DNA from: an uncultured bacterium
GTDB taxonomy: Bacteria > Omnitrophota > Gorgyraeia > Duberdicusellales > CBEUCJ01
Length of the DNA: 64,000 bases
Direction: 5' to 3'
Assembly (NCBI GenBank): GCA_965541615.1
Contig: CBEUCJ010000004.1
Coordinates: 21,167-85,166 of the forward strand
This document shows positions 48,756-61,803 of this stretch, piece after piece (the stretch's first letter is position 1; each line of letters begins with the position of its first letter). Position numbers and translations under genes: made by a program. Under the pieces are notes generated by a model, which worked only from the letters and a program-made list of their open reading frames with translations, was not told the origin of the DNA and did no database searches.

Positions 48756-49651
48756 GAACGTATTTAGATTGTATTCCTTGTTTTTTTAAGCAAGCATTAG
48801 AAGCTTCAAGGATTTCTGGAGCGAGCAGAATAACACAAAAAAAAGTGTTAGATGAATTAGCAAAAATTTTGCCTAAGTTTTCTTTAAACACACCTCCTCC
48901 TTTGATGGGTAGAGTTATTTATAAATTGGTTAGTAAACTTACTAAAAATTTAGATCCTTATCGTGAGATAAAAATAAAAAGTAATGAATTAGCTTTAAAT
49001 ATTTATCCAAAGTTAAAGAGAAAAGTAGCACTTTCAAAAGATAGATTAAAAAAAGCTATAGAGTTAGCTATTGCAGCAAATTCTATAGATTATGGAGTAA
49101 GAAACTCTTTGAATATAGAAGAAGAATTAAAAAGAATTTTAAGAGAAGAAGAAAAGACTATTAAAGTGGAAAATAAAAGATTTTTTGAGTATGAGGAATT
49201 TAAAAAAGCTTTAAATAAAGCAAAGACTATTCTTTATTTAGGTGATAATGCAGGAGAGGTGGTTTTTGATAGAGTTTTGATTGAAGAGATTAAAAAAATA
49301 GATAAGAATAAAAAAATAATTTATGCAGTAAAATCTAAACCTATTATAAATGATGCTTTAGTTGAAGATGCTTTACAAGCAGGCATTCATAAAGTAGCTG
49401 AGATAATCCTTTCAGGAGTAGATGCTCCAGGCACTATTCTTTCTTTATGTTCAAAAGAATTTTTAAAAGTTTATAAAAATGCAGATCTAATAATCAGTAA
49501 AGGACAAGGAAACTTTGAAGCTTTATCAGACAAAAAGCATCCAATATTCTATTTGTTTATGGCAAAGTGTAAAACTGTGGCCAACCACTTAGGATGTAAA
49601 CTTAGAGATATAATTCTGTTTCATAATTTAAATAATAAAGTGTTAAAATAA
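48752..49651 (+). CDS. DUF89/ARMT1-like damage-control phosphatase
   Basis: DCIPC, N.ID, DNAGE..FD, KGQGNFE. Confidence 0.9.
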   Translation: MRTYLDCIPCFFKQALEASRISGASRITQKKVLDELAKILPKFSLNTPPPLMGRVIYKLVSKLTKNLDPYREIKIKSNELALNIYPKLKRKVALSKDRLKKAIELAIAANSIDYGVRNSLNIEEELKRILREEEKTIKVENKRFFEYEEFKKALNKAKTILYLGDNAGEVVFDRVLIEEIKKIDKNKKIIYAVKSKPIINDALVEDALQAGIHKVAEIILSGVDAPGTILSLCSKEFLKVYKNADLIISKGQGNFEALSDKKHPIFYLFMAKCKTVANHLGCKLRDIILFHNLNNKVLK

Positions 49652-49666
49652 AAAGGAGGTAGAACT

Positions 49667-49927
49667 ATGCCTACATATGAATATGAATGCCAAAATTGTA
49701 AGTTTAAATTTGAAAAATTTCAAAATATGACAGATACTCCTTTAGAAACTTGTCCTAAGTGTGGAGGAAGATTAAAAAGGGTAATAAGTGGAGGGGCAGG
49801 GGTTATTTTTAAAGGACCAGGTTTTTATGCAACAGATTACAAAAATACTTCTGTTAGAACTTGCTGTGGTAGAACAGAACCTTGTGAAAAACCTCCTTGT
49901 GCAGATGATGGAGTTTGCAAACGTTAA
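49667..49927 (+). CDS. FmdB-family zinc-ribbon protein
   Basis: MPTYEYEC..C, CPKCGG, FKGPGFYATDY. Confidence 0.9.
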   Translation: MPTYEYECQNCKFKFEKFQNMTDTPLETCPKCGGRLKRVISGGAGVIFKGPGFYATDYKNTSVRTCCGRTEPCEKPPCADDGVCKR

Positions 49928-49936
49928 TTTAGAGAA

Positions 49937-50971
49937 ATGATAGGAGAAGTAATACTTCACAATTTTAAACATGCAGGAATGATAACAGTCTTTGTCTTCA
50001 TAATGATGATATTTACAGATTATCTTAATGTTTTAACAAAAGGCAGAATGAGTAAGATGATAAAAGGAGGTTTATTTAGACAATATCTTATAACTTCATT
50101 TTTAGGAGCAACACCTGGGTGTTTAGGGTCTTTTATGAATGTGTCTTTTTATGTACATGGATTAATCTCTTTTGGAGCAATAGTAGGGGGAATGATTGCT
50201 ACTTGTGGAGACGAAGCTTTTGTAATGCTAGCAGTTATTCCTAAACAAGCTTTGATATTATTTGGTATCCTTTTTGTTTTAGGAGTAATCTCTGCATACA
50301 TTGTAGATAAAATAGTTCCTCTTTTAAAGATTAAGCCTTGTAAAGTGTGTGAACTTTCAAATTTACATCTGCAACCTGAATGTAGATGTCTTGAATTTAA
50401 AGAAATAATCGAGCACATAAAAAAGATGTCTTTACAAAGATTTTTACTTTTGTTCCTTTTGTTTATATTTCTTTATGGATTTGTTGGAGGGATAATTGGT
50501 CCTTCTGAATGGAATTGGAAGAGGATTACTTTTGTTTCTCTATTGAGTTTAGCTATTTTTATAGTAATTACAGTTCCTGACCATTATTTAGAAGAACATA
50601 TTTATTCTCATATTTTTAAAACGCATATTTGGAAAGTATTCTTGTGGAGTTTTGGGGCATTAGTTTTGACAGATTTAGGTTTACATTTCTGGGATTTAAA
50701 GGCATTTATAAGTCAGCATATGATATGGGTGCTTTTAATTGCAACTTTTGTAGGAATAATTCCAGAATCTGGACCAAATTTAGTTTTTGTTATGATGTTC
50801 TCAAAAGGATTAATACCTTTTTCTGTGCTTTTGGCAAATTCAATAGTTCAGGATGGTCACGGTATGTTACCTTTGTTATCTTATACAATAAAAGATTCAA
50901 TGTTGGTAAAATTGTTTAATTTAATTATTGGTTTAGGAGTAGGAACTTTTTTATACTTTCTGGGATTTTAA
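49937..50971 (+). CDS. putative metal(loid) transporter (DUF2899 / putative Mn transporter)
   Basis: GATPGCLG, GDEAFVM, GIIPESGP, QDGHGMLPL; multiple TM helices. Confidence 0.8.
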   Translation: MIGEVILHNFKHAGMITVFVFIMMIFTDYLNVLTKGRMSKMIKGGLFRQYLITSFLGATPGCLGSFMNVSFYVHGLISFGAIVGGMIATCGDEAFVMLAVIPKQALILFGILFVLGVISAYIVDKIVPLLKIKPCKVCELSNLHLQPECRCLEFKEIIEHIKKMSLQRFLLLFLLFIFLYGFVGGIIGPSEWNWKRITFVSLLSLAIFIVITVPDHYLEEHIYSHIFKTHIWKVFLWSFGALVLTDLGLHFWDLKAFISQHMIWVLLIATFVGIIPESGPNLVFVMMFSKGLIPFSVLLANSIVQDGHGMLPLLSYTIKDSMLVKLFNLIIGLGVGTFLYFLGF

Positions 50972-50997
50972 TTTTTAATTAAAAAGGAGGTGTAGCT

Positions 50998-51639
50998 TTG
51001 AAGATAACCATAATTTCTGATAATACTACAGCTTTTAGAGATTTAAAATCTGAATGGGGGTTTTCTGCTTTAATTGAAGTAGAAAACACTCCTTTAATAC
51101 TCTTTGATACAGGAGCTGATAGTCAAATTCTTTTACATAATATGGAGAAGTTAAAGATTTCACCTACAAGTATTCAATGCGTTTTTATCTCTCATTCACA
51201 TTGGGATCATACAGGAGGTTTAAGAGACTTTTTAAAGTTGAATCCAGAAGTAAAATTATATGTACCTGAGGATTTTTCTGATGATGTTAGAGCAAAAGAA
51301 GTAATAAAAGTTAAAGATTCTACAAAAATATATGAAAATGTATTCTCAACAGGAACTCTCAAAGGAATAGAGCAGTCTCTGGTAATAAAAAAAGGAGAAG
51401 AGGTAGTAATAATTGTAGGATGTTCTCACAGTGGAGTAGGAGAGATTTTAAAAGAGAGTAAAAAATTTGGAAGACCCAAAGCTTTGATAGGAGGTTTACA
51501 TGGATTTTCTGAGTTTTCTTTAATTAAAGATTTAGATTTAATATGCGCTACCCATTGCACTCAATATAAAGATAAAATAAGAGAGTTGTATCCAGAAAAA
51601 TTTATAGAAGGAGGAGCAGGCAGAGTTATAGAGATATAA
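50998..51639 (+). CDS. MBL-fold metallo-hydrolase
   Basis: EWGFS, LFDTG, SHSHWDH, GCSH, GGLH, HCT. Confidence 0.88.
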   Translation: MKITIISDNTTAFRDLKSEWGFSALIEVENTPLILFDTGADSQILLHNMEKLKISPTSIQCVFISHSHWDHTGGLRDFLKLNPEVKLYVPEDFSDDVRAKEVIKVKDSTKIYENVFSTGTLKGIEQSLVIKKGEEVVIIVGCSHSGVGEILKESKKFGRPKALIGGLHGFSEFSLIKDLDLICATHCTQYKDKIRELYPEKFIEGGAGRVIEI

Positions 51640-51658
51640 AGAGGAGGTGTTAAAATCT

Positions 51659-51976
51659 ATGAGTATTAATCTTACAGATTCTAATTTTGAGTCTGAAGTC
51701 TTAAAATCTGAACTCCCAGTTTTGGTAGATTTTTGGGCTGAGTGGTGTATGCCCTGTCAAATTTTAGCACCTGTTATTGAAGAAATAGCTACAGAGTATC
51801 AAGGGAAGTTGAAAGTGTGTAAATTAAATGTAGATCAAGCTCCACAAATAGCTGCTAAATACCAAATTATGGGTATACCTACTTTAATTCTTTTTAAAGA
51901 TGGTCAAATTAAAGAAAAAATTGTAGGAGTAGTTCCAAAAGAAATAATTAAAGAAAAAATTTCACCTTATATTTAA
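51659..51976 (+). CDS. trxA: thioredoxin
   Basis: DFWAEWCMPC, IPTL. Confidence 0.93.
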   Translation: MSINLTDSNFESEVLKSELPVLVDFWAEWCMPCQILAPVIEEIATEYQGKLKVCKLNVDQAPQIAAKYQIMGIPTLILFKDGQIKEKIVGVVPKEIIKEKISPYI

Positions 51977-51992
51977 AAAGGGGGGATAGATT

Positions 51993-52208
51993 ATGCCAAT
52001 CTATACTTTTGTCTGTAAAGATTGCAAAGAAAAATTTGATTTATTGATAGGAGTAACTATGGATAAACCTGAACTTAAATGTAAAAAGTGCGGTAGTAAA
52101 AATATTGAAAGAATAATAAGTAGTTTTAATGTAGGTGAATCTTCTAAAAATACTCAGACATCTTCTGGTTCAGGGTGTCCAGGAGGAGTGTGTCCAACTT
52201 GCTTTTAA
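51993..52208 (+). CDS. FmdB-family zinc-ribbon protein
   Basis: MPIYTFVC..C, CKKCGS, Cys-rich tail. Confidence 0.85.
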   Translation: MPIYTFVCKDCKEKFDLLIGVTMDKPELKCKKCGSKNIERIISSFNVGESSKNTQTSSGSGCPGGVCPTCF

Positions 52209-52217
52209 AAATTAATT

Positions 52218-52535
52218 GTGTTTGAGTTTGAACAAATAGATAAAGCTAGAAGAATCTTAAAGTTAGAAGAATGTGCAACTTTAGAGGAGATAAAAAAAGC
52301 TTACAAAGAATTAGCTAAAAAATACCATCCAGATACCTGCAAAGCTTCTAACAAAGCAAAATGTGAAGAAAAGTTTAAAGAAATAAACTGGGCATATCAA
52401 CTCCTTTTAAAATATTGTCAAAATTATAAATATTCTTTTAAAAAAGAAGATGTAGAAAAACAAAAAATCTCTCCCCAATATTATCAACATTTAAAAAGAT
52501 TCTATGATGGCTGGTGGGCTGATTTAGAAATTTAA
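52218..52535 (+). CDS. J-domain protein
   Basis: IKKAYKELAKKYHPD, FKEINWAY. Confidence 0.88.
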   Translation: MFEFEQIDKARRILKLEECATLEEIKKAYKELAKKYHPDTCKASNKAKCEEKFKEINWAYQLLLKYCQNYKYSFKKEDVEKQKISPQYYQHLKRFYDGWWADLEI

Positions 52536-52552
52536 TTATTTACTTTTAAAAA

Positions 52553-53182
52553 ATGGGGACGAATAATATATTTGATTTGTATTATGATGAATATGATAGA
52601 TGGTATGAAAAAAATGAGTTTGCTTATCTATCAGAATTGGAAGCACTTAAAAAAGTTTTACCTAAAAAAGGAAGAGGATTAGAGATTGGAGCAGGTACTG
52701 CCAGATTTACTAAGCCTTTAAATATTTGGGTAGGAATCGATCTTTCAAAGAATATGGCAAAGATCGCTAAAGAAAGAGGAGTAAGAATTATTGTGAGTAG
52801 AGCAGAAGAACTACCTTTTAAAGATTCAATTTTTGACTATGTAGCTATTATATTTGCCTTGTGTTTTGTTGATGAGCCTTTGAAGATGTTAAGAGAAGCT
52901 AAAAGAGTTTTGAAAAGAAGAGGTAAAATCATTATAGGTATAATCGATAAAGAAAGTTTTTTAGGAAAAGCTTATCAAATAAAGAAAAGTATTTTTTATA
53001 GCAGAGCAAAATTTTTTAGTGTAAAAGAAGTAACAGATATTTTGCAGACTATGGGTTTTGACAGATTTTCATATTATCAGACTATCTTCAATTTTCCTCA
53101 AGAAATTAAGAACATCCAAAAACCTCAAAAAGGATTTGGTAAAGGAGCTTTTGTTGCAATTTCAGCAGAGCTCATAATATAA
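52553..53182 (+). CDS. class I SAM-dependent methyltransferase
   Basis: LEIGAGTARF, AEELPF, RVLK..G. Confidence 0.88.
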   Translation: MGTNNIFDLYYDEYDRWYEKNEFAYLSELEALKKVLPKKGRGLEIGAGTARFTKPLNIWVGIDLSKNMAKIAKERGVRIIVSRAEELPFKDSIFDYVAIIFALCFVDEPLKMLREAKRVLKRRGKIIIGIIDKESFLGKAYQIKKSIFYSRAKFFSVKEVTDILQTMGFDRFSYYQTIFNFPQEIKNIQKPQKGFGKGAFVAISAELII

Positions 53183-53260
53183 AAATTTTTTTAAGGATTT
53201 AAAAGAAGAAAAAGTTGGATAAAATAAATAATAGAATAATAGTTACTGAAAAATTTAGAG

Positions 53261-53842
53261 ATGTTTACAGGGATTATTCAAGAAGTAGGTACAATAAAAA
53301 ACATTGAAAAGAAAGCTTCTTTTTGGAGGTTAGGAATCTTATCTACAAAAGTTTATAAAGATATTAATTTATCTCAAAGTGTTTGTGTGAATGGGGTATG
53401 CCTTACATTAACAAAAAAAGAAAATAACGTTCTTTTTTTTGAAGTAATTAAACCCACTTTAGAGAATACCAATTTAAAAAGATTAAGACCATTGTGTAAA
53501 GTTAATTTAGAATTGCCTTTAAAACCTGATGATAGATTAGGAGGTCATTTTGTTTTAGGGCATATAGATTGTGAAACTCAAATAAAAAGTATTATAAAAA
53601 AGAACGGATTTTATAGTTTTGAAATAAAAACACCACTTCAATTTAAAAAATTTTTAATAGAAAAAGGCTGCATAGCTATAGAAGGAATAAGTTTAACTGT
53701 GCAAAAAGTCTTAAGTAAAAGTTTTATAGTCAATATAATCCCTTTTACTTTTAATCATACAAATTTAAACACAAAAAGACCAGGTAGTTGGGTAAATTTG
53801 GAATTTGATTATCTTCTTAAAGCAGTTTTGAAAAACACTTAA
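53261..53842 (+). CDS. ribE: riboflavin synthase (alpha chain)
   Basis: MFTGII, NGVCLT, GGHFVLGHID, GISLTV. Confidence 0.95.
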   Translation: MFTGIIQEVGTIKNIEKKASFWRLGILSTKVYKDINLSQSVCVNGVCLTLTKKENNVLFFEVIKPTLENTNLKRLRPLCKVNLELPLKPDDRLGGHFVLGHIDCETQIKSIIKKNGFYSFEIKTPLQFKKFLIEKGCIAIEGISLTVQKVLSKSFIVNIIPFTFNHTNLNTKRPGSWVNLEFDYLLKAVLKNT

Positions 53843-53857
53843 AGAAGAAAAATTTTT

Positions 53858-53933
53858 CGGGGCGTAGCTCAGCCAGGTTTAGAGCACTTGGTTCGGGACC
53901 AAGAGGTCGCAGGTTCAAATCCTGTCGCCCCGA
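53858..53933 (+). tRNA. tRNA-Pro(CGG), CCA not encoded
   Basis: Acceptor cggggcg/cgccccg, anticodon arm cttgg-ttCGGga-ccaag, T-loop ggttcaaatcc. Confidence 0.95.
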
Positions 53934-53976
53934 GATTACTTGACATACTAAATTATTGATGTTAAAAAAAACTGTT

Positions 53977-54254
53977 ATGGAAAATATTATTCAAGTTCAC
54001 TGTTATTTTTCAGGAATAGTTCAAGGAGTAGGGTTTAGGTTTACTTCAAGATATTTAGCACGCAAACATAATCTAAAAGGATGGGTAAGAAATCTTTATG
54101 ATGGTAGAGTAGAGTTAGTAGCTCAAGGAGAAAAGCAAAATATAATGAATTTTTTAGAAGATTTGAAATCTGAATTTTCAGGATACATAAAAAATATAGA
54201 TTTAGAGTGGCAGACCCCTCAAGAAGAATTTGAAGATTTTGAGATAAGATTTTA

Positions 54255-54255
<1 letters not shown>
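53977..54255 (+). CDS. acyP: acylphosphatase
   Basis: G.VQGVGFR, GWVRNL.DGRVE. Confidence 0.92.
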
Positions 54256-57464
<3,209 letters not shown>

Positions 57465-57468
<4 letters not shown>

Positions 57469-58064
57469 ATTTGGAGATAAAAAGATATGTATTAGGAGAT
57501 TTTGAGACTAACACTTATATTTTAAATTTCAAAGAACAGAACAAAGCCATAATAATAGATCCAGCAGATCTCCTCCCTAAAGAAATTAGAGATCTCAATA
57601 TAATTTTTATACTTTTAACTCATGGACATATAGATCACATCAAAGGATTAAAGTATTTAAAAGGAATAAAAGTTTTTTGTTTTAAAGAAGAAGCTGACAT
57701 TATAAAGAATCCTTTTTATAATCTCTCTCATTTTTTAGGAGAAGAGTTTAGTTTTGAATCTGAATTGAATTTTTTAAATGAAGGAGTAAATTCTGTAGAA
57801 GGGATAGACTTTAGAGTACTACACACTCCAGGTCACACTCCTGGGAGCTGTTGTTTTTTATTTAATAATTTCCTTTTTTCAGGAGATACTCTTTTTTATA
57901 GAAGTATAGGAAGGACTGACATCCCTCTTGCAGATACTACTAAGTTAATAAATTCTATAAAGGAGAAGTTATTTAAATTACCTCCAGAGACCAAAGTTTA
58001 TCCAGGTCATGGTCAGTTTACAAGTATAAAAGAAGAGATAGAAGAGAACCCTTTTTTATTATAA
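57465..58064 (+). CDS. MBL-fold hydrolase (glyoxalase II-like)
   Basis: THGHIDH, TPGHTPG, SGDTLF, PGHG. Confidence 0.9.
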
Positions 58065-58068
58065 ATTG

Positions 58069-58956
58069 ATGGAGAAATACATAGATTACTTTTTGAATTT
58101 TTTAGAATTAGAGAGAGGTTTATCTAAGAACACGATTATTTCCTATATGAGGGATCTTAAGAAAAAGTATTTACCTTTCTTAGAAAAGAAAGGAATAAAG
58201 AGCTGGTCTCAAGTAACTAAAAGAGATATTCAGGATTTTTTGTTTTATTTGTACAAAAAAGCAGAGCCTGCTTCTGTAATGAGGTATTTAGCAGCTATAA
58301 AGATGTTTCACAGATTTATGGTAAGAGAAGGATTTTTAAAATCTGACCCTTCAAACTTAATAGAGTTTCCTAAATTATGGAGAAAGATCCCGCAGGTTTT
58401 AACTCAAACTGAAGTAAAAAGATTAATGGAAGCGTGTAATCAAAAAAATAAAATAGCTAAAAGAGACAGAGCAATTTTAGAATTGTTATATGCTACAGGA
58501 ATGAGAGTTTCAGAATTAGTAAATTTAAAAATTGAAGATTTATATTTAGATATAGGATTTATAAGGTGCAAAGGAAAAGGCAAAAAAGAAAGGCTACTCC
58601 CTTTAAGTGAACTTTCCAAAAAATTATTAGAAGAATATTTAGAGATCTATAGACCTAAAATTTTAAAGAACAGAAATTCTGAATATGTATTTGTAAATAA
58701 TAGAGCAAAACCTTTAAGTAGACAGAGTATCTGGAAGATGATAAAACACTATGCAAGAAAAGCTGGTATTAACAAAAAAATTACTCCACATACTTTAAGA
58801 CATTCAATAGCTACTCATCTTTTAGAGAGAGGTGCAAACTTGAGGTTCGTTCAAGAGATACTAGGTCACAGAAATCTGAGTACTACTCAAATTTATACTC
58901 ATATAAATAGAATGAGATTGAAAGAAATCCATGAAAAGTTTCATCCACGTGCTTAA
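58069..58956 (+). CDS. xerD: site-specific tyrosine recombinase XerD
   Basis: TGMRVSEL, GKG.KER, HTLRHS, LGH..LSTTQIY, HPRA. Confidence 0.92.
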   Translation: MEKYIDYFLNFLELERGLSKNTIISYMRDLKKKYLPFLEKKGIKSWSQVTKRDIQDFLFYLYKKAEPASVMRYLAAIKMFHRFMVREGFLKSDPSNLIEFPKLWRKIPQVLTQTEVKRLMEACNQKNKIAKRDRAILELLYATGMRVSELVNLKIEDLYLDIGFIRCKGKGKKERLLPLSELSKKLLEEYLEIYRPKILKNRNSEYVFVNNRAKPLSRQSIWKMIKHYARKAGINKKITPHTLRHSIATHLLERGANLRFVQEILGHRNLSTTQIYTHINRMRLKEIHEKFHPRA

Positions 58957-58966
58957 AGAAAAACCA

Positions 58967-60235
58967 ATGAATTTTAAAGACGAAATATTAAGTTTAAATA
59001 AAAAAACACTCAATTTAATAAATCTTTTGAGAGAGATTTCTAAAAAGTTGAATATAAAAATTTATTTAGTAGGAGGTAGTGTAAGAGATTTAATTTTAAA
59101 GAAGAGAAATTTTGATTTAGATTTTGTAACAGAAGGTTCAGCCATAAAGGTATGTGAACAGCTTTCAAAAATATTAAATTGTGAATGTATTTATAATTCT
59201 CAATTTTTGACTGCTAAATTGAATTTTGAAGATAAGACTTTAGATTTTGCCACTGCAAGGAGAGAAAAATATCTGTTCCCTGGAGCTTTACCTAAGGTAT
59301 CTATGTCAAATTTGAGAGAGGATCTATTCAGAAGAGATTTTACAATAAATGCTATGGCAATCTCTTTGAATGAATCTGATTTTGGAACACTTTATGATTT
59401 TTACAATGGTTATCAAGATTTAAAAGAGAAGATAATAAGAGTTTTACATCCAAAAAGTTTTTTAGATGACCCTACCAGAATATTTAGAGGAATAAGGTTT
59501 AAAGAGAGATTAAACTTCAATTTTGATAGACTTACTTTTTCACTAATGTTAGATGCAGTTAAAAAAAATGCTCTTTTTACTATAGATGAGCATAGGATAA
59601 AAGATGAGATCTTCTTAATATTGAGAGAAGAAGGAGTAGCAAAGTATTTAAAGAGCATACAAAAAATATGTAGTTTTAGATTTATTAACAAAAAAATAAA
59701 ATTGGATAAAAAAGATTTAGATTTTATAGATAGATTGGAAAAAAACTTAACGAGTTTCTCAAAAAGATTTAAATTAAATTTAGATAAGGCTTCTATAATA
59801 TTAGGAGTAATGTTTTCTAAGCTTAATAAAGAAGAGATTGCAGAGATTTATAAAAGATTTGGATATAAAAAAACTGAACAGAAAATATTTTTAGATATAA
59901 AAAAAATAAACATTTTAAAAAATTACTTGAAAAAAGTCAGTAGCTCTTCTAAACTATATTTTCTTTTAAAATCTCTGAGTAACGAAGCTCTGTATGTTCT
60001 TTATCAAAAGAGTAAAAAGTTTTTGAGAAAAAAGATAGAATTTTATCTTGAGGAACTTAGATTTGTAAAGATTCAAACTACAGGTGATTTTTTAAAAAAA
60101 TTAGGAGTAAAAGAAGGTCCTATTTACTCAGAGATTTTTAAAAAAGTTCTTTTGAAAAAATTGGAAGCCAAAATTAAAGATAGAGCTGAAGAGGAAGCTT
60201 ATATAAAAAAGTTGTTAAAGACTCAAGTTAAATGA
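58967..60235 (+). CDS. cca: tRNA nucleotidyltransferase (CCA/A-adding class II)
   Basis: VGG.VRD, DLDF, RRDFTINAMA, SF.DDPTRI; alternative start 58931. Confidence 0.88.
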   Translation: MNFKDEILSLNKKTLNLINLLREISKKLNIKIYLVGGSVRDLILKKRNFDLDFVTEGSAIKVCEQLSKILNCECIYNSQFLTAKLNFEDKTLDFATARREKYLFPGALPKVSMSNLREDLFRRDFTINAMAISLNESDFGTLYDFYNGYQDLKEKIIRVLHPKSFLDDPTRIFRGIRFKERLNFNFDRLTFSLMLDAVKKNALFTIDEHRIKDEIFLILREEGVAKYLKSIQKICSFRFINKKIKLDKKDLDFIDRLEKNLTSFSKRFKLNLDKASIILGVMFSKLNKEEIAEIYKRFGYKKTEQKIFLDIKKINILKNYLKKVSSSSKLYFLLKSLSNEALYVLYQKSKKFLRKKIEFYLEELRFVKIQTTGDFLKKLGVKEGPIYSEIFKKVLLKKLEAKIKDRAEEEAYIKKLLKTQVK

Positions 60236-60510
60236 AGATAGGTTTAATGAGATTTCAATTATATATTCCTTATTCTCATTCTTTGAAAAATAAAAGACAG
60301 ATAGTTAACAGATTGAAAGATAAAATAAGGAATAAATTCAATGTTTCTGTTTGTGAAAAACCTTCAAACAATTCCAAATTTTCAGAGATAAATATAGTTT
60401 GTATTAATTATTCTATAGAGGTGATAGAAAATACCTTTAATTGTATTAAAAAATTTGTATTTCAAAACAGAGAATACGAAGTTTTAGATTTTTGTAAAGA
60501 ATTTTTATGA
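60232..60510 (+). CDS. DUF503 (YlxP) protein
   Basis: SLKNKR, KFNVSV.E; upstream of rbfA. Confidence 0.85.
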   Translation: MKIGLMRFQLYIPYSHSLKNKRQIVNRLKDKIRNKFNVSVCEKPSNNSKFSEINIVCINYSIEVIENTFNCIKKFVFQNREYEVLDFCKEFL

Positions 60511-60875
60511 GTATAAGGACAGATAAAGTTTCTCAACTTTTGAAAAGAGAGATAGGAAAAATCTTAGAACATAATATATGTGATCCAGATTTAGGATTTG
60601 TAAGTATAGTAGATGTAAAGGTAACTCCTGATTTGAGGTTAGCAAAAGTATACTTTTCTGTCTTAGGAGATAGGATAAGTAAAGAAAAGACAAAGAAAGT
60701 GTTAGAAAAAGCCAAAGGTTATATTAAAAAATTGCTATCTGAGAGGATAAGATTAAAATTTATGCCTGATATTCAATTTTGTTTAGATGAGTCTATAGAA
60801 TATAGTCTTAGAATAGAAAAAATCCTGGAGGAGTTGAATGCTCAAAAAAATAAGCAGGATAATAAAAGAGAATAG
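60507..60875 (+). CDS. rbfA: ribosome-binding factor A
   Basis: VKVTPDLRLAKVY, P.IQF..D.S. Confidence 0.93.
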   Translation: MSIRTDKVSQLLKREIGKILEHNICDPDLGFVSIVDVKVTPDLRLAKVYFSVLGDRISKEKTKKVLEKAKGYIKKLLSERIRLKFMPDIQFCLDESIEYSLRIEKILEELNAQKNKQDNKRE

Positions 60876-61803
60876 AATTTTTTTAATAGTAACTCACAAA
60901 AATATGGAGGCAGATGCTTTAGGTTCGCAATTAGCTTTAGGAAGACTTTTGAAAAAATTAAAGAAAAAAGTAATTTTAATAAATGCAGATAAAGTCCCTT
61001 CTATTTACCATTTTCTACCTGGAGCTCAAGAGGTTAAAAACACTATTCCTAATAAAAAAATAGATGTGTGTTTTGTTTTGGATTGTTCAGATTTAGAAAG
61101 GACAGGCAGATTAGCACAAAAGATTAAAAATTATTTTATTGTTAATATAGATCACCACATAAGTAACACTAGATTTGGAAATGTGAACTGGATAGATTCT
61201 CATTCTACATCTACTTGTGAGATGATCTATAGACTCTACAAATTTTTAAAAATAAATTTAGATAAAAAATCTGCCTTGTGTATATATGCAGGAATACTTT
61301 CTGATACAGGTTCTTTTTCTTTTATGAATACTACCCCTCAAGCTCACAAGATCTCTTATGAGCTTTTAAAGTTTGGGATAAAGCCTTGGTATGTACATCA
61401 GCAAATTTATAATAATTTTTCTTTAAAAGAGATTAAATTTTGTTCAGAGATTTTGAGAAATATTAAATCTTGTTATAGAGGAAAGATAGTATATTGCCAA
61501 ACAAATAAGTGGAGAGAAAATTTAAAAGGAAGTTCAGAGCTGACTGAATTCATTCTTTCTTTGATGAGAAGTGTTAAGAGCTCAGAAGTAGCAATTTTAT
61601 TTAAATATATGAGAGATAAAGTTAGAATTAATTTAAGATCAAAAGGCAAAGTAGATGTAAATAAAATAGCCTCTTTTTTTGGTGGAGGAGGTCACACTTG
61701 TGCTTCAGCAGTTACTGTGAAAGGAAGTTTAAGAGATGTAAAAAATAAGGTATTAAGTAAAATTGTAAAAGAACTTGCAAAATGGGAGAAAAAAAAGATA
61801 TAG
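60838..61803 (+). CDS. nrnA: DHH-family oligoribonuclease/PAP phosphatase NrnA
   Basis: DALGS, NIDHH, DTGSF, GGGH. Confidence 0.9.
   Translation: MLKKISRIIKENRIFLIVTHKNMEADALGSQLALGRLLKKLKKKVILINADKVPSIYHFLPGAQEVKNTIPNKKIDVCFVLDCSDLERTGRLAQKIKNYFIVNIDHHISNTRFGNVNWIDSHSTSTCEMIYRLYKFLKINLDKKSALCIYAGILSDTGSFSFMNTTPQAHKISYELLKFGIKPWYVHQQIYNNFSLKEIKFCSEILRNIKSCYRGKIVYCQTNKWRENLKGSSELTEFILSLMRSVKSSEVAILFKYMRDKVRINLRSKGKVDVNKIASFFGGGGHTCASAVTVKGSLRDVKNKVLSKIVKELAKWEKKKI

Noticed and set aside
53940-53968. TTGACA-17-TAAAAA promoter after the tRNA
   Set aside because: The -10 lacks the conserved final T; too weak to call in AT-rich DNA
58069-58956. Tyrosine recombinase as a possible prophage or island integrase near tRNA-Pro
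   Set aside because: XerD-like with C-terminal HPRA, embedded among housekeeping genes; no duplicated tRNA 3' end found
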